A stretch of 64,000 nucleotides of DNA from Candidatus Bathyarchaeota archaeon. Lineage in GTDB: Archaea > Thermoproteota > Bathyarchaeia > Bathyarchaeales > Bathycorpusculaceae. The DNA is taken from the NCBI GenBank assembly GCA_963826715.1, contig CAWGYA010000005.1:125239-189238 (forward strand), written 5' to 3'. Under the pieces are notes generated by a model, which searched no databases, was not told where the DNA came from, and saw nothing but the letters and a program-made list of their open reading frames with translations. Of this stretch, positions 50,169 to 59,899 are shown in pieces. A program made the translations under genes and the position numbers. How positions within the stretch are numbered: position 1 is the stretch's first letter; the number at the start of each line of letters is the position of its first letter.

Positions 50169-52556
50169 ATGTCCACCGCTTCCCCAAGTATCGCTTTGGT
50201 TTTTGGTGCCATTGCGCCTCCCCAAGCTGATGTTGTTGAGCTTCTGGTGCATTTAGGCTGTAGCAAAGAAGTCAGCAGCTACGACATCACGCTACATAAT
50301 CACAACGGCAAGTACAGCCCAAACGGAGCAACACCCATAACCGTGGGCATGGACGGCTCAATCAGCTTAGGGCGAACACCAAACTGTCCCCTGCTCTTGA
50401 CGTTGCGGGTTGAAAAAGTCCATTACCAAAGCTCGCCTACCGAAAGTTACTTGACTGTTTCTGGGCGTTGCTGGGGCGAGCGGCTGTTCCGCCGAGTAGT
50501 CACGGCAACCTATTCAGGCATGAAGGGCGAGGAAATAATCAAGGACCTGATGGATTACTACGCGGGTCTTAGCCACAACAGAAGCGGCGTTGAACTTATC
50601 GAAAACACGGACACCACCTATTCAGAATTGGAATATGAGGACTCTCCAGTCTGGGACATCCTCAAATACGTTGCCGAATCCGCCGATAAATCAGGCGTGA
50701 TAGGCTTTGATTTTCGGGTTTCCCCAGATGGCAAATTTGAGTTTTTCCCCAAACTCTCCAAAACCAATTCAACAGTAATCACAGAGAACATCGATACCAC
50801 GGCAGAGTATGAAAAAGAAATCACTCGGATAAGAAACAAAGTTACTGTTTATGGCTTAGCGGACAAGAGCAGGCCAGCGGATAAGGTTTCTTGGACCCGC
50901 CAATTGTCACCTACGGATGGTACCTGGACGGCAAGCGCTGGATCTGTAAGCGTTGATGGCTCAGGTGCGCCTGACGGTGGGGCATGTGTCAAACTCTATG
51001 CGCCCAGCAACTATTTTGGAAGCGCAAACTTCACCTTAAACCCGGGGTATCTGCTTAATTGTGAGCAATATCCCATTTTGGCGTTGATGCTCAAGGCAGA
51101 GGCGGCTTTCGGCGGAACTGGCACGCTAACGCTCTATGATAACTCTTACAAGGTGGCTGCCAAAGAAGTCTCGATTTCTCCAGACGCAGCTTGGCGTGGC
51201 ATTGAAACGGGTGTAGGCTCAGCCTACGCCAACCAATGGAACTCCGTTCAATCAGGGTTTGATTGGACACAAATCCTCGTAGTGCGCATGACCCTTTGGT
51301 TTCCTGGAACGGTTGGGACGGGTAGCTTCTGGATTCATCAACTCTACATCGGAGGACGACGCTACTCTGGACTCTCTCAGGATGCAGCAAGCCAGGCAGC
51401 CTATGGCCTGCGGGAATATGTGGAAGTTGATGAGGAACTGTGGAGCGATGGCGAATGCAACCGCCGCTCAGCCGCACTCTTGGCGTATCTCAAAGACCCA
51501 GCCGAACACCTGCACATAATTAGCACTGTTTTGGATTATGGGACGTCGCCGATTAAGGCAGGCGATAAAGTGCACGTGGAACTTCCAACAGAGGGCGTTA
51601 ACAGTGACTTTAGGGTTGAGTGCATCGAGTACCTTGTGCCAAAAGAGGACCCTACAAAACTCGAATTAACATTGGAGCTGGGCAAGGAGCCACCGCAACT
51701 AGCCGATTACCTCTATGGCTTGCGTACCCACACGCCCAACGTTGAGAAACTTAGCAGAACAAAGCTTGGCAAACGAGGCGTCCCTGTGGCTTCTGGCGGC
51801 GGAGGCGGGGGAAGCAGTGGCAGCTACTTTAACAGTAACGCGGAAATCGACAAAGCCTCTCCCTGCCTAAACCTAATGACGACAAGAGTGCTGAAGGCAG
51901 CGTTTGGGCATGACGGCGCCAACACGTTTCTAGTCTCCTATGCAGGGGACTTAATCGCCTACTCAGCGAATCATCTTATCCGCCCAATCACAGACGGAAG
52001 CGATGACTTAGGCAACGGATCCTTCCGTTTCGGCTCAGCATACCTCAAAAACAACCTCTTTGTTGCAGGCTGGGAAGTCGTAGCCAACACGGGCAGAATA
52101 AACATGTCTTCGATGCCTCGTGATAACTCGGGTCTGGTTCTGGAAGCCCAAGGTCTAAGCAACTATCCGACGTACGTTGACCCCAACGGCAGATACACCC
52201 CAGCAGCCCATAACCATGCCAACATGTACCCTGCAGGCGGCAACAACACCGGATCATGCGGAGACACATCGACTTACTGGCATGTCGTAGCAGGCGATAG
52301 CGTCTGGTACAATGCGCTAGGACACATGGACTACATGGATGACCTATCCGTAATCAAGAGCATTCGAATGAGTGAGAACGTCGATAAACTCGGCGTACCT
52401 CTGATCGATAACAGGAGCCTGCCTGAAGCTATGCGCTCAAAAGAAGGATTGGTTCATAGTGGCCATCTTTTGGGGTTAACTCTTGGAGCCATTAAGCAGC
52501 TGAACAGAAAAGTTGAGACGTTGGAAAAAGAGTTAGAGAAAATGCGTTCGTCTTAA
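50169..52556 (+). CDS. tail tip/hub fused to a receptor-binding fibre
   Basis: Hub-like N-terminus (LTVSGRCWG, FDFRVSPDG, IRNKVTVYG), CBM-like insert, poly-Gly linker, fibre-like repeats, chaperone-like C-terminal coil. Confidence 0.7.
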   Translation: MSTASPSIALVFGAIAPPQADVVELLVHLGCSKEVSSYDITLHNHNGKYSPNGATPITVGMDGSISLGRTPNCPLLLTLRVEKVHYQSSPTESYLTVSGRCWGERLFRRVVTATYSGMKGEEIIKDLMDYYAGLSHNRSGVELIENTDTTYSELEYEDSPVWDILKYVAESADKSGVIGFDFRVSPDGKFEFFPKLSKTNSTVITENIDTTAEYEKEITRIRNKVTVYGLADKSRPADKVSWTRQLSPTDGTWTASAGSVSVDGSGAPDGGACVKLYAPSNYFGSANFTLNPGYLLNCEQYPILALMLKAEAAFGGTGTLTLYDNSYKVAAKEVSISPDAAWRGIETGVGSAYANQWNSVQSGFDWTQILVVRMTLWFPGTVGTGSFWIHQLYIGGRRYSGLSQDAASQAAYGLREYVEVDEELWSDGECNRRSAALLAYLKDPAEHLHIISTVLDYGTSPIKAGDKVHVELPTEGVNSDFRVECIEYLVPKEDPTKLELTLELGKEPPQLADYLYGLRTHTPNVEKLSRTKLGKRGVPVASGGGGGGSSGSYFNSNAEIDKASPCLNLMTTRVLKAAFGHDGANTFLVSYAGDLIAYSANHLIRPITDGSDDLGNGSFRFGSAYLKNNLFVAGWEVVANTGRINMSSMPRDNSGLVLEAQGLSNYPTYVDPNGRYTPAAHNHANMYPAGGNNTGSCGDTSTYWHVVAGDSVWYNALGHMDYMDDLSVIKSIRMSENVDKLGVPLIDNRSLPEAMRSKEGLVHSGHLLGLTLGAIKQLNRKVETLEKELEKMRSS

Positions 52557-52591
52557 CAAGGCTGCAGAGTTTAACTTCAACTGTTCGAGTT

Positions 52592-55135
52592 TCATTTTAC
52601 CTCTCTTTTATCCACCTTTTGCAAATAATTTTTCATTAGACTTTCGGTATCTAAGCTGAACTCTTTTAGCTTTTGAACGATTAACTCCTCGGAAAGAACA
52701 CTGCCTGAAAGCGAATTGAAGAACCTAACGGTACTACCCTTAAACTGCTCTAACGAAACTGCCTTGAAAACCCAAAACGGTTGAGTGGGATAAGCATCGC
52801 TTTTCAGCATGTCAGCCGGGTGTACCATTATAGGTACTCCTTCACACCCTTCATAATATTCGCTAAACCAGCCTATGTCATTACTTAATTGTCCTATTTC
52901 ACTTTTCGAAATGCCTGTTCTTTCAGCGGAAACCATGTTTTTGCACTCAATTATCCAGTATTTGTTTGTATCAACCTGCCAAAAGTTATCAGGTCCTCTT
53001 CCGGTTTGTTTTTCAGGTCTTTGTGTAGCAAAGCCAATGGCTTTACCGATCTCGTCGATTCCTTCCTCAAATTCATCTGAGACAGCATTGAAGGCTAGTT
53101 TATCCATTATGTTAGCGATTTTTACGACTAGCGCGCTGTGAGATTCAAAGCCTTTAACCCAATCTATTATCCGTGTTGCTCTATTGAGCTTGGTTGAAGC
53201 TAGTTTTGAGTAGGCAACTCCTGTTTCTGGACGGAAAAGCTGCGGGTTTTCGGAATGTGCCTTTAGCTGCTTATCCATAGATGCGGTTGAATTAACAGGG
53301 TAAAGATAAGTTGCCATCAATTGTAAGAACCAGCCGCCATCTGTCTTATCCGATTCTCCCACCAATTTCTGGAGGGTCGCAACTGCTTTATCAGGGTGAC
53401 CCTGCTGGTATAGGATTTCAGCGTCACGTTCCAGTAGTGAACGATTTAACTGTTCTTTGCTAATTTGTTCGGTCCTTAACTTTGCCATTCGCTGTTTGTA
53501 GTATTCTTTCCACTTATCATCGCGCTTCAGGCATTGATTAATCAGCGTTTCTACTACACTTAATTTCGTTCCTTCGCTCTTCATCGCCTCGGCGAGTTCT
53601 TCGCCTATCTTAATTTGCATTTGCGCTTCTTTGGAAAGGAATGCTCTTTTGGAATTTTCTGATAGAAAATCGGTTAAGTTATTGCCGATGGGAACGACTA
53701 TGCACCAGTCGCTACTGCCTCGGATTGCACGTCCCATTCCTTGTTCAACTCGCTGGGCTAGTTGTTGGCGCAGACGCAGAGAACCCGGCCTAATTTCCTG
53801 CATATATCTGTCGATTAATGAGTTGTATGAAGGTAATGAGTCTAAGCACAATATTCGGCAAGTGCTATCGGGTAAGTCAACCCCATCATATTCGTTTACT
53901 AGCACGAGTGTCTTGTTGGCTGTTTTTTTCTTGACCTCGTTTTTTAAATCATTTATATTGTTGTATAGATTTTTGACGTTGGTACTATTTGCCCCTAGTT
54001 CTTCCCATTTCTTTGCATGCGCGAAAGATGGAGTAATGGCAACAACTCCAAAATCACCATGCTTGGAAGCAAGCGCAGACACCCATTCAACCAATTTTTC
54101 TCTTTTCAAGGAAGTGTCTACTAGTGTCGGCATTAGAATGAGCCGTTCACCGCAGTAAGGAACATCACCAACCGAAAGAGGGTTTGTTACGCTTTCTGTG
54201 CTTATTCCTAAGTCCCTAACTAGAAATGCGTCCTCGGCTAATGTAGCAGAAAGGAAAATACGTCTTTGGGCTTGAGTGAATGACGGGATCAATTCCAAGG
54301 GAAGAAGACGAGGTGCAATTTCAATCCGATTTCCCGAGAAAACGCAAGTTGTCTGATCGAGCCTATCTTTAAGTAAGTCCCAAACGTAAAGAAGCTCTCC
54401 TTCTTGTTTGTGCTCTTCCAAGATTTTTAATGCTTCTTTACGTTTATCGTGCCATGTCCAGAAGGGAACTGCCATTAGACAGTCTTTTCCATGGGCAATG
54501 TCTAAGCAAGTGCCTTCTCTTTGCCTTCTGATGGATTCTTCAAAAATCGTCCATAGTTCTGAATATAATGCGTTTGGCTTGCCGTCTTTATCATCCCTTT
54601 TTATGACAAAAGAAAATGCTTCTCGAATTATCTGCAGACATTTGTGTGCGTCATCAATTACGATAGCTCCTATTTGGATCGGTTCCTTACCTGACCCAGA
54701 TACGCCGAAGACTGATTTTCCATTAAAGAGCTTGTTGCAGTTTATTACCAGAATCGCTTCTGAGTTAAGGAATTCTCTTGGAAGTTTAAAGTCAGGGGAA
54801 ACTTGCACAATTTTAAATCCAAAAGAACGGGCTTGTTCAACTGTTTGATTAACTAGGTAATTGTTGGGACAAATGTAAACTGCAGGTCCAAGCCCTTCGT
54901 TAATGTATGATTGTAGGATCGCCAATCCGATTAGGGTTTTGCCTTGACCAGTATGCAATTTAATGATTGTATCCTTTTCTGACCGGAGTTTTTCATGCCA
55001 AGCCTTTAGTACTGACTCTTGGGGAGGACGCAGGTATTCTTTGCCGCTTTCTTTATCCAAGTTAGCGAAAATTGCGAGAGGGTCAATATCTTTGACAATC
55101 TCAGTTTTACCAAGTAATTTATCGAAATCTACCAA
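52592..55135 (-). CDS. SF2 helicase with C-terminal PD-(D/E)xK nuclease, Hna-like antiviral protein
   Basis: KLHTGQGKT, IDDAH, LSAT, QGMGRAIR; GPDNFW...IIECKN. Confidence 0.8.
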   Translation of the reverse strand: MVDFDKLLGKTEIVKDIDPLAIFANLDKESGKEYLRPPQESVLKAWHEKLRSEKDTIIKLHTGQGKTLIGLAILQSYINEGLGPAVYICPNNYLVNQTVEQARSFGFKIVQVSPDFKLPREFLNSEAILVINCNKLFNGKSVFGVSGSGKEPIQIGAIVIDDAHKCLQIIREAFSFVIKRDDKDGKPNALYSELWTIFEESIRRQREGTCLDIAHGKDCLMAVPFWTWHDKRKEALKILEEHKQEGELLYVWDLLKDRLDQTTCVFSGNRIEIAPRLLPLELIPSFTQAQRRIFLSATLAEDAFLVRDLGISTESVTNPLSVGDVPYCGERLILMPTLVDTSLKREKLVEWVSALASKHGDFGVVAITPSFAHAKKWEELGANSTNVKNLYNNINDLKNEVKKKTANKTLVLVNEYDGVDLPDSTCRILCLDSLPSYNSLIDRYMQEIRPGSLRLRQQLAQRVEQGMGRAIRGSSDWCIVVPIGNNLTDFLSENSKRAFLSKEAQMQIKIGEELAEAMKSEGTKLSVVETLINQCLKRDDKWKEYYKQRMAKLRTEQISKEQLNRSLLERDAEILYQQGHPDKAVATLQKLVGESDKTDGGWFLQLMATYLYPVNSTASMDKQLKAHSENPQLFRPETGVAYSKLASTKLNRATRIIDWVKGFESHSALVVKIANIMDKLAFNAVSDEFEEGIDEIGKAIGFATQRPEKQTGRGPDNFWQVDTNKYWIIECKNMVSAERTGISKSEIGQLSNDIGWFSEYYEGCEGVPIMVHPADMLKSDAYPTQPFWVFKAVSLEQFKGSTVRFFNSLSGSVLSEELIVQKLKEFSLDTESLMKNYLQKVDKREVK

Positions 55136-55265
55136 ACCTCGTCCCCCAGACTATCTCTCTACTGATGGTATGAGCTATTTCTTACTGTTACCTCGCCTTT
55201 CAACTTTTCGACAGAGCCTTTCATGGTCCTGTAATGGCCTTGAATTCGTAACTGAGATTGTTAGG

Positions 55266-57491
55266 TTATCCCGAGGGTATCGTCATCGACTGAAGGTATG
55301 CTTCCAAGGGCTTAGTTATTCGCTTTCTTTCTTGGGAGATGGCATCGTAAATGTTTAACCTCTTGTTTGGATCCTCAAGGGTTATAACGACTGCATATTC
55401 CTGTTCTTCATTTGCCCCAGTTATCAGTTTTTTGAATCGAACTCTAGGCGTAATCATTAAAGTCCATTCCATTCCCCATCCGCTTTTCTGCCATCGGAAA
55501 ACATCAGTCTTTACATTATCCCATGGATTTCGGAAATAGTTATCCCATTTCATTTGCTTTTTAAATTCGCCGTTCTTAGCTTGTTTGAGCAGTGCAAAGT
55601 CAAGGTCAACTAAATTGTATCCAACTACGCCCATATGAACGGGAGGATTGTACACTAAGGTTACACGGATTCTTTTTTCGCCGAAAATGGAGCTCATTGC
55701 GTAAGGGACATATATCGGAATAAAGGCAACCTCGTCATATCTAACGGCGTCTTCAATGATGTATGCAGGTGAAAAGTTCTGTGAAAAAGCGCTTTTTTCA
55801 AATTCGGGAGTTCCTTTGCCATACAAAGACTTTTTCAAATCACTGTCTGCTGGAAGTGAAAGATTGTTTTCATGCCAAAATGCAGAATGTATAAGAAGCG
55901 CTTTTAGAAGGTTCGGACTAGCGTCAGGATATTCCTTGAGTAGTCTAGCCAGTATATTTGAAACAGCTGGTGTTGAATAACTAGTTCCTATACCGTATGC
56001 TAACGTTTTGTTAGATAACCCTAAAGAAATCACGCCGAGGTGTTGGTTATCAGAACCTAAATTACGTGATGCATCAATTTCGAGGTTTCCTGCGCTTGAG
56101 ACGACGTCAGGTTTTCCTCTTAACCCAAATTCTCCGCGTCTTGTAAAAGGACTCGGTTGACCCACCTTCGCGATTGACATGGGGGATTCTTTATGAGCCA
56201 AACCTCCGACTGTTACCGCCATGCTTGCTTCGGCTCCGCAGAAAACCTTACAGGCGCTATCTTGCAAATAGGTCGGATAAGGTAACGACTTTGCTAAAGC
56301 AGCCAATTCGTCTTTTACATTTCCGCTACTGACCACAAAAGTCACTCTATATTCTCGGGATAACTTGTCTATAGTGTAGGCTAGGTCTGAAGGTAAAGAG
56401 GTATTGCTACATTTTGGGTAGTTTACTGATAGGGAGAAAATTTTTGCCTGCTCGTGAAAGGTTTGAACTGCCTGTTCTATTCTTTTTTCCAGATATGGAT
56501 ATTCATTGTTCTTTAGACCGTGAACTTTGACACTAATCAGGTTTGCCGAAGCTTGGGGATCCCTGCGGTTTTCCAAATTTCCGTAAGCAGCAAGACCAGC
56601 TACAAATGTTCCGTGCCCCTTGAAATCTTTAGGATCACCATCTTTGGTCAAATCAATCGAGTTAAGTAAAATATGCTTCAAGAAGGGTTGTTCAGTATCG
56701 ACGCCTGAGTCCAAGACACAGATTGTTTTTACGTCAGGCTCTGGCATTTTAGGAGATGGCATTTCCTTAATATCCATACTTTGAGGCTCTTCGCTAAGAA
56801 TTTCTGGTGCGATCCGAGTTTGCCATACTGAATCCATGCCTTGTAAAATTGCCCTAGCTGTTTGGGGATTAGCATATGTTCTAATGGAGGCAATGTGGTC
56901 ATCAATTCTTGAGTCGAGAATCAGCGCATTATTTTTTCTTAGGAAGTTTGTTAGTTCTGCGATTAAATAGGTATAGTTTTCGCGTCCCAAGTTCGGGAAC
57001 ATTTCAATTTCAATATACTCAGGAGTTCCAGAGTTTATCCATTCACTAAGTTCTGGGCTGACTCGGTTAATTCCGATAACGGATATGCGTTCGATTTGGT
57101 TGACATAAGATCTTAGTTTAGAGGTGTTTTTGTAGACTTCTATGTCGCTTCTGAGTCTTTCTAAGCCTTGCTTATCTACAGAAACAACTGCTGAATAATC
57201 GTTAACCTGGAGGGAAAACCGCATAGATAGTCTATCCAATACGCTATCCTCGTAGGAAAGTGGTTTCGCCGTCTGTACAGTAAAAAAGACATTTTCTCCG
57301 GGCATAATTTTTTCTTTTCTTTGCGATAATTTGACTGATTCCTCAAGTTGTTCAGCTAAATATTTTCCTTGCTCACCATACTCTTTCTTCTCGCCCATTT
57401 CAGGTGGAGGACCTCTCGATTTTTTAGGGCGTCGACTAATGTTATCGGTTGGTATACGAATATGCCGATGGTTAGCCCAATTTTGAGACAT
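55266..57491 (-). CDS. S8 subtilisin-like protease, IetS-like, no signal peptide
   Basis: VLDSGV, GHGTFVAG, SSGN, GTSYSTPAV, KALLIHSA, RVTLVYNPP. Confidence 0.88.
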   Translation of the reverse strand: MSQNWANHRHIRIPTDNISRRPKKSRGPPPEMGEKKEYGEQGKYLAEQLEESVKLSQRKEKIMPGENVFFTVQTAKPLSYEDSVLDRLSMRFSLQVNDYSAVVSVDKQGLERLRSDIEVYKNTSKLRSYVNQIERISVIGINRVSPELSEWINSGTPEYIEIEMFPNLGRENYTYLIAELTNFLRKNNALILDSRIDDHIASIRTYANPQTARAILQGMDSVWQTRIAPEILSEEPQSMDIKEMPSPKMPEPDVKTICVLDSGVDTEQPFLKHILLNSIDLTKDGDPKDFKGHGTFVAGLAAYGNLENRRDPQASANLISVKVHGLKNNEYPYLEKRIEQAVQTFHEQAKIFSLSVNYPKCSNTSLPSDLAYTIDKLSREYRVTFVVSSGNVKDELAALAKSLPYPTYLQDSACKVFCGAEASMAVTVGGLAHKESPMSIAKVGQPSPFTRRGEFGLRGKPDVVSSAGNLEIDASRNLGSDNQHLGVISLGLSNKTLAYGIGTSYSTPAVSNILARLLKEYPDASPNLLKALLIHSAFWHENNLSLPADSDLKKSLYGKGTPEFEKSAFSQNFSPAYIIEDAVRYDEVAFIPIYVPYAMSSIFGEKRIRVTLVYNPPVHMGVVGYNLVDLDFALLKQAKNGEFKKQMKWDNYFRNPWDNVKTDVFRWQKSGWGMEWTLMITPRVRFKKLITGANEEQEYAVVITLEDPNKRLNIYDAISQERKRITKPLEAYLQSMTIPSG

Positions 57492-57872
57492 TAGTTTACA
57501 CCTGAATTCTATGCTCGACCAGAGTCGGCTGGCGCGCGCGTTTTAACGAACATATTAAAAGAAATTGTATATCATACTTTCGGAGACCCTAAATTAAATT
57601 ACTTTTGTTTAAATGAATTAAAATAAGAAAATCAAAAGAAACGGCATTTATTAGTAGCGCGCGCTCGGTACTATCGTTCGCTTTGATGAGTTGTTGTAAC
57701 ACTAGTATTCATTTGTGTAATTTCTCATCGAATGTTTTCACTTTCACTCACCCCTCCCCTGCTATAAGATGTCGTTTCATCAACAGCTTAAAAGGACCAG
57801 TGGACGCAACTCTGGTTGCCAAGCAAGGATGGACGACAATGGGAGAAAATGGGGTTAACGGGGTAAGCAAGT

Positions 57873-58148
57873 ATGGTTTTGCTGATTCTTAGAAGAACGG
57901 TAAGGCGCCAGTTAAAAATTGAAGGGGGAGCGACCAGTAAACCTTGCAGTCAACTCGAAGACGTTGAGTTTGTCTTCCCAAAGAAATACAATAAAATGCT
58001 AAAACCACTATTCAATGGAAAGTATGACTATGAAGCAAGAGAAGAAAACGGCAGTTTAACTTTTATACTAACACCGACAAAATGCACTGAAGACGAACCG
58101 CTAATCCCAGAAGAGACGGTGAAATGCCCGAACCTGGAGGAGCCTTAA
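57873..58148 (+). CDS. small hypothetical protein, possibly AbrB-like
   Basis: Beta-rich small ORF resembling the next one in layout. Confidence 0.5.
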   Translation: MVLLILRRTVRRQLKIEGGATSKPCSQLEDVEFVFPKKYNKMLKPLFNGKYDYEAREENGSLTFILTPTKCTEDEPLIPEETVKCPNLEEP

Positions 58149-58152
58149 TTGA

Positions 58153-58365
58153 ATGGTAATAAAAATTCGGCTGCGCATGGTGAAAAGAGTGTACAAAGGG
58201 TTTCATTCCTACCCACGATGCTGGATGGAGTTTCCTAAAAAAATTTATAAAAAGTTAGAACCTCATATCGCTAAGAATTTCGACGACATCGACGTCACAT
58301 ACGAAGAGAACTCAAATCAAGAAATCGTAAAAATAATCTTGATCAAGAAAAAAGCACCTACTTAA
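58153..58365 (+). CDS. small basic hypothetical protein, possibly AbrB-like
   Basis: VYKGFHSYPRCWMEFPKKIYKKLEP. Confidence 0.55.
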   Translation: MVIKIRLRMVKRVYKGFHSYPRCWMEFPKKIYKKLEPHIAKNFDDIDVTYEENSNQEIVKIILIKKKAPT

Positions 58366-58437
58366 GAAGACAAGCCAAAACTCGTTTGAGCTCCAATTCG
58401 CCCCCGCAATAAGAATTTCAGAAGCGTAACTGCCCTA

Positions 58438-58613
58438 CTACATGTAGAAAAGCCCTCGGTAAAACGTTTCTACATGTAGGAATACGCCTGAAAAAAACGG
58501 GCAAAAGTGCACGCCGAGCCCTCTAACTGGCTCTGGTTTTAACAGGAAAATGCTAGTTTTGACAACATACTTTTAGTTTGAGCATTTTATCCATGCTTTT
58601 CCTACATGTAGAA
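58438..58613. promoter_or_regulatory. three CTACATGTAG palindromes, candidate operators
   Basis: Copies at 58438, 58470 and 58602, upstream of the wHTH gene. Confidence 0.6.
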
Positions 58614-58701
58614 GAATTTTACCTGCAGACAAGAGCGCTTGAAATGGCTGGGTTAATGTGATAAGTAACTTCTTAGCAAAATCGAAGTTTGCGGTCTTAC
58701 C

Positions 58702-59109
58702 TTGCTTGGCAAAAAAAGGTCTATGGCTGCAAGCAACAGCGAAGGCACCGAGCTTGCGGTGTTCAAAGGCATAAAAGTAGACTTAACCCAGGCTATACTC
58801 CGCATCCTATCTGATGAGGTGCTCGTAAAATATGACGTTCACAAAAAACTGGTCAAGCAAGGTTTCAAACGCACCCGTTATGGTACTGTCAAAAAAAGGA
58901 TTACGGCGCTGGAGGAAGGCGGCTACCTCAAACAGGCAGGCGTAAGGAAAACGCAGCCGGGCAATGAAGGCATCCTGTACGAGACAACCTTCACGGGACT
59001 TTTGGCGCTAAAATTGAGTGCAACCAACTTGGACAAGCTATTCGAGAATATGGATGACAACATAGCTTTAACGCTACTAGCAGCCCTGGAGCAAGTGCAG
59101 AAAAAATAG
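58702..59109 (+). CDS. winged-HTH transcriptional regulator
   Basis: AILRIL...KYDVHK...YGTVKKRITALEEGGYL...LYETT..G. Confidence 0.75.
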   Translation: MLGKKRSMAASNSEGTELAVFKGIKVDLTQAILRILSDEVLVKYDVHKKLVKQGFKRTRYGTVKKRITALEEGGYLKQAGVRKTQPGNEGILYETTFTGLLALKLSATNLDKLFENMDDNIALTLLAALEQVQKK

Positions 59110-59229
59110 GCTCCGCAGTAAGGGGTTTTAGAGATACTATTTTAGAAAAGGCATTTTGTAAAATACTATTTCTTGCAAGCGGCAGAATTCCTTTATTTTT
59201 TCTGGGCGACCTAGTCTTAGGTGTATAAA

Positions 59230-59472
59230 ATGGTTAACTTGATTGAGGACTGGGAGGTCCTCGAAGAATACGCTGGCGAAAAACTGGGCTTCTACCAGCT
59301 TCTCGCCATCGACGGGTCCGTTGAGATCCGTGTCATGACCGGAAGAATAGGTTTCAAAAAAGAGTTTAAGGATAGCAACGACAAACTGCTAAACCAAATT
59401 CTTGATTACTGCAGGAAACGCCGCTTCATACAGATCAGCGACCACCTCCGAGACGAGGACTTTTTCAAATAA
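59230..59472 (+). CDS. viral hypothetical protein
   Basis: First gene of the replication operon. Confidence 0.65.
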   Translation: MVNLIEDWEVLEEYAGEKLGFYQLLAIDGSVEIRVMTGRIGFKKEFKDSNDKLLNQILDYCRKRRFIQISDHLRDEDFFK

Positions 59473-59496
59473 GCCAGGAGCAACCGGGGAGTAACC

Positions 59497-59874
59497 ATGG
59501 ATAAGCAAGTTGAATTTCTTGTAAAACTCAGAGATGCCAGCCTAATGCTTGCCGACGCAGCAAACCAATACATAGACGAATTAGCGCCAGCAGGATGCAA
59601 GCGAGAAGAAACCAAACAAACCCTCGTAATCCAAGAGTCAAACTTTAACCTCCTAAAATTTGACGTCCAGCAAAGCGCCAAACTAGGCGAATACGAAATC
59701 GCCAATAAGCAAGGCAGTCCAGCTGACAAATGGAGTAGCGTCTATAATATTCTAAAAGGCGGCAACGCAACCATCAAAGACCGTTACCATTGTGAAGGCT
59801 ACCAATACAGCTACTGGCTATATGGTGAGGACAAAATCTACCGCCAAAAACTCAAACCGAAAAATCAAGGCTAA
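59497..59874 (+). CDS. viral hypothetical protein
   Basis: GGGGAG SD and ATG start. Confidence 0.65.
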   Translation: MDKQVEFLVKLRDASLMLADAANQYIDELAPAGCKREETKQTLVIQESNFNLLKFDVQQSAKLGEYEIANKQGSPADKWSSVYNILKGGNATIKDRYHCEGYQYSYWLYGEDKIYRQKLKPKNQG

Positions 59875-59899
59875 TCGACGTGGACCGGGGACACTTTTC

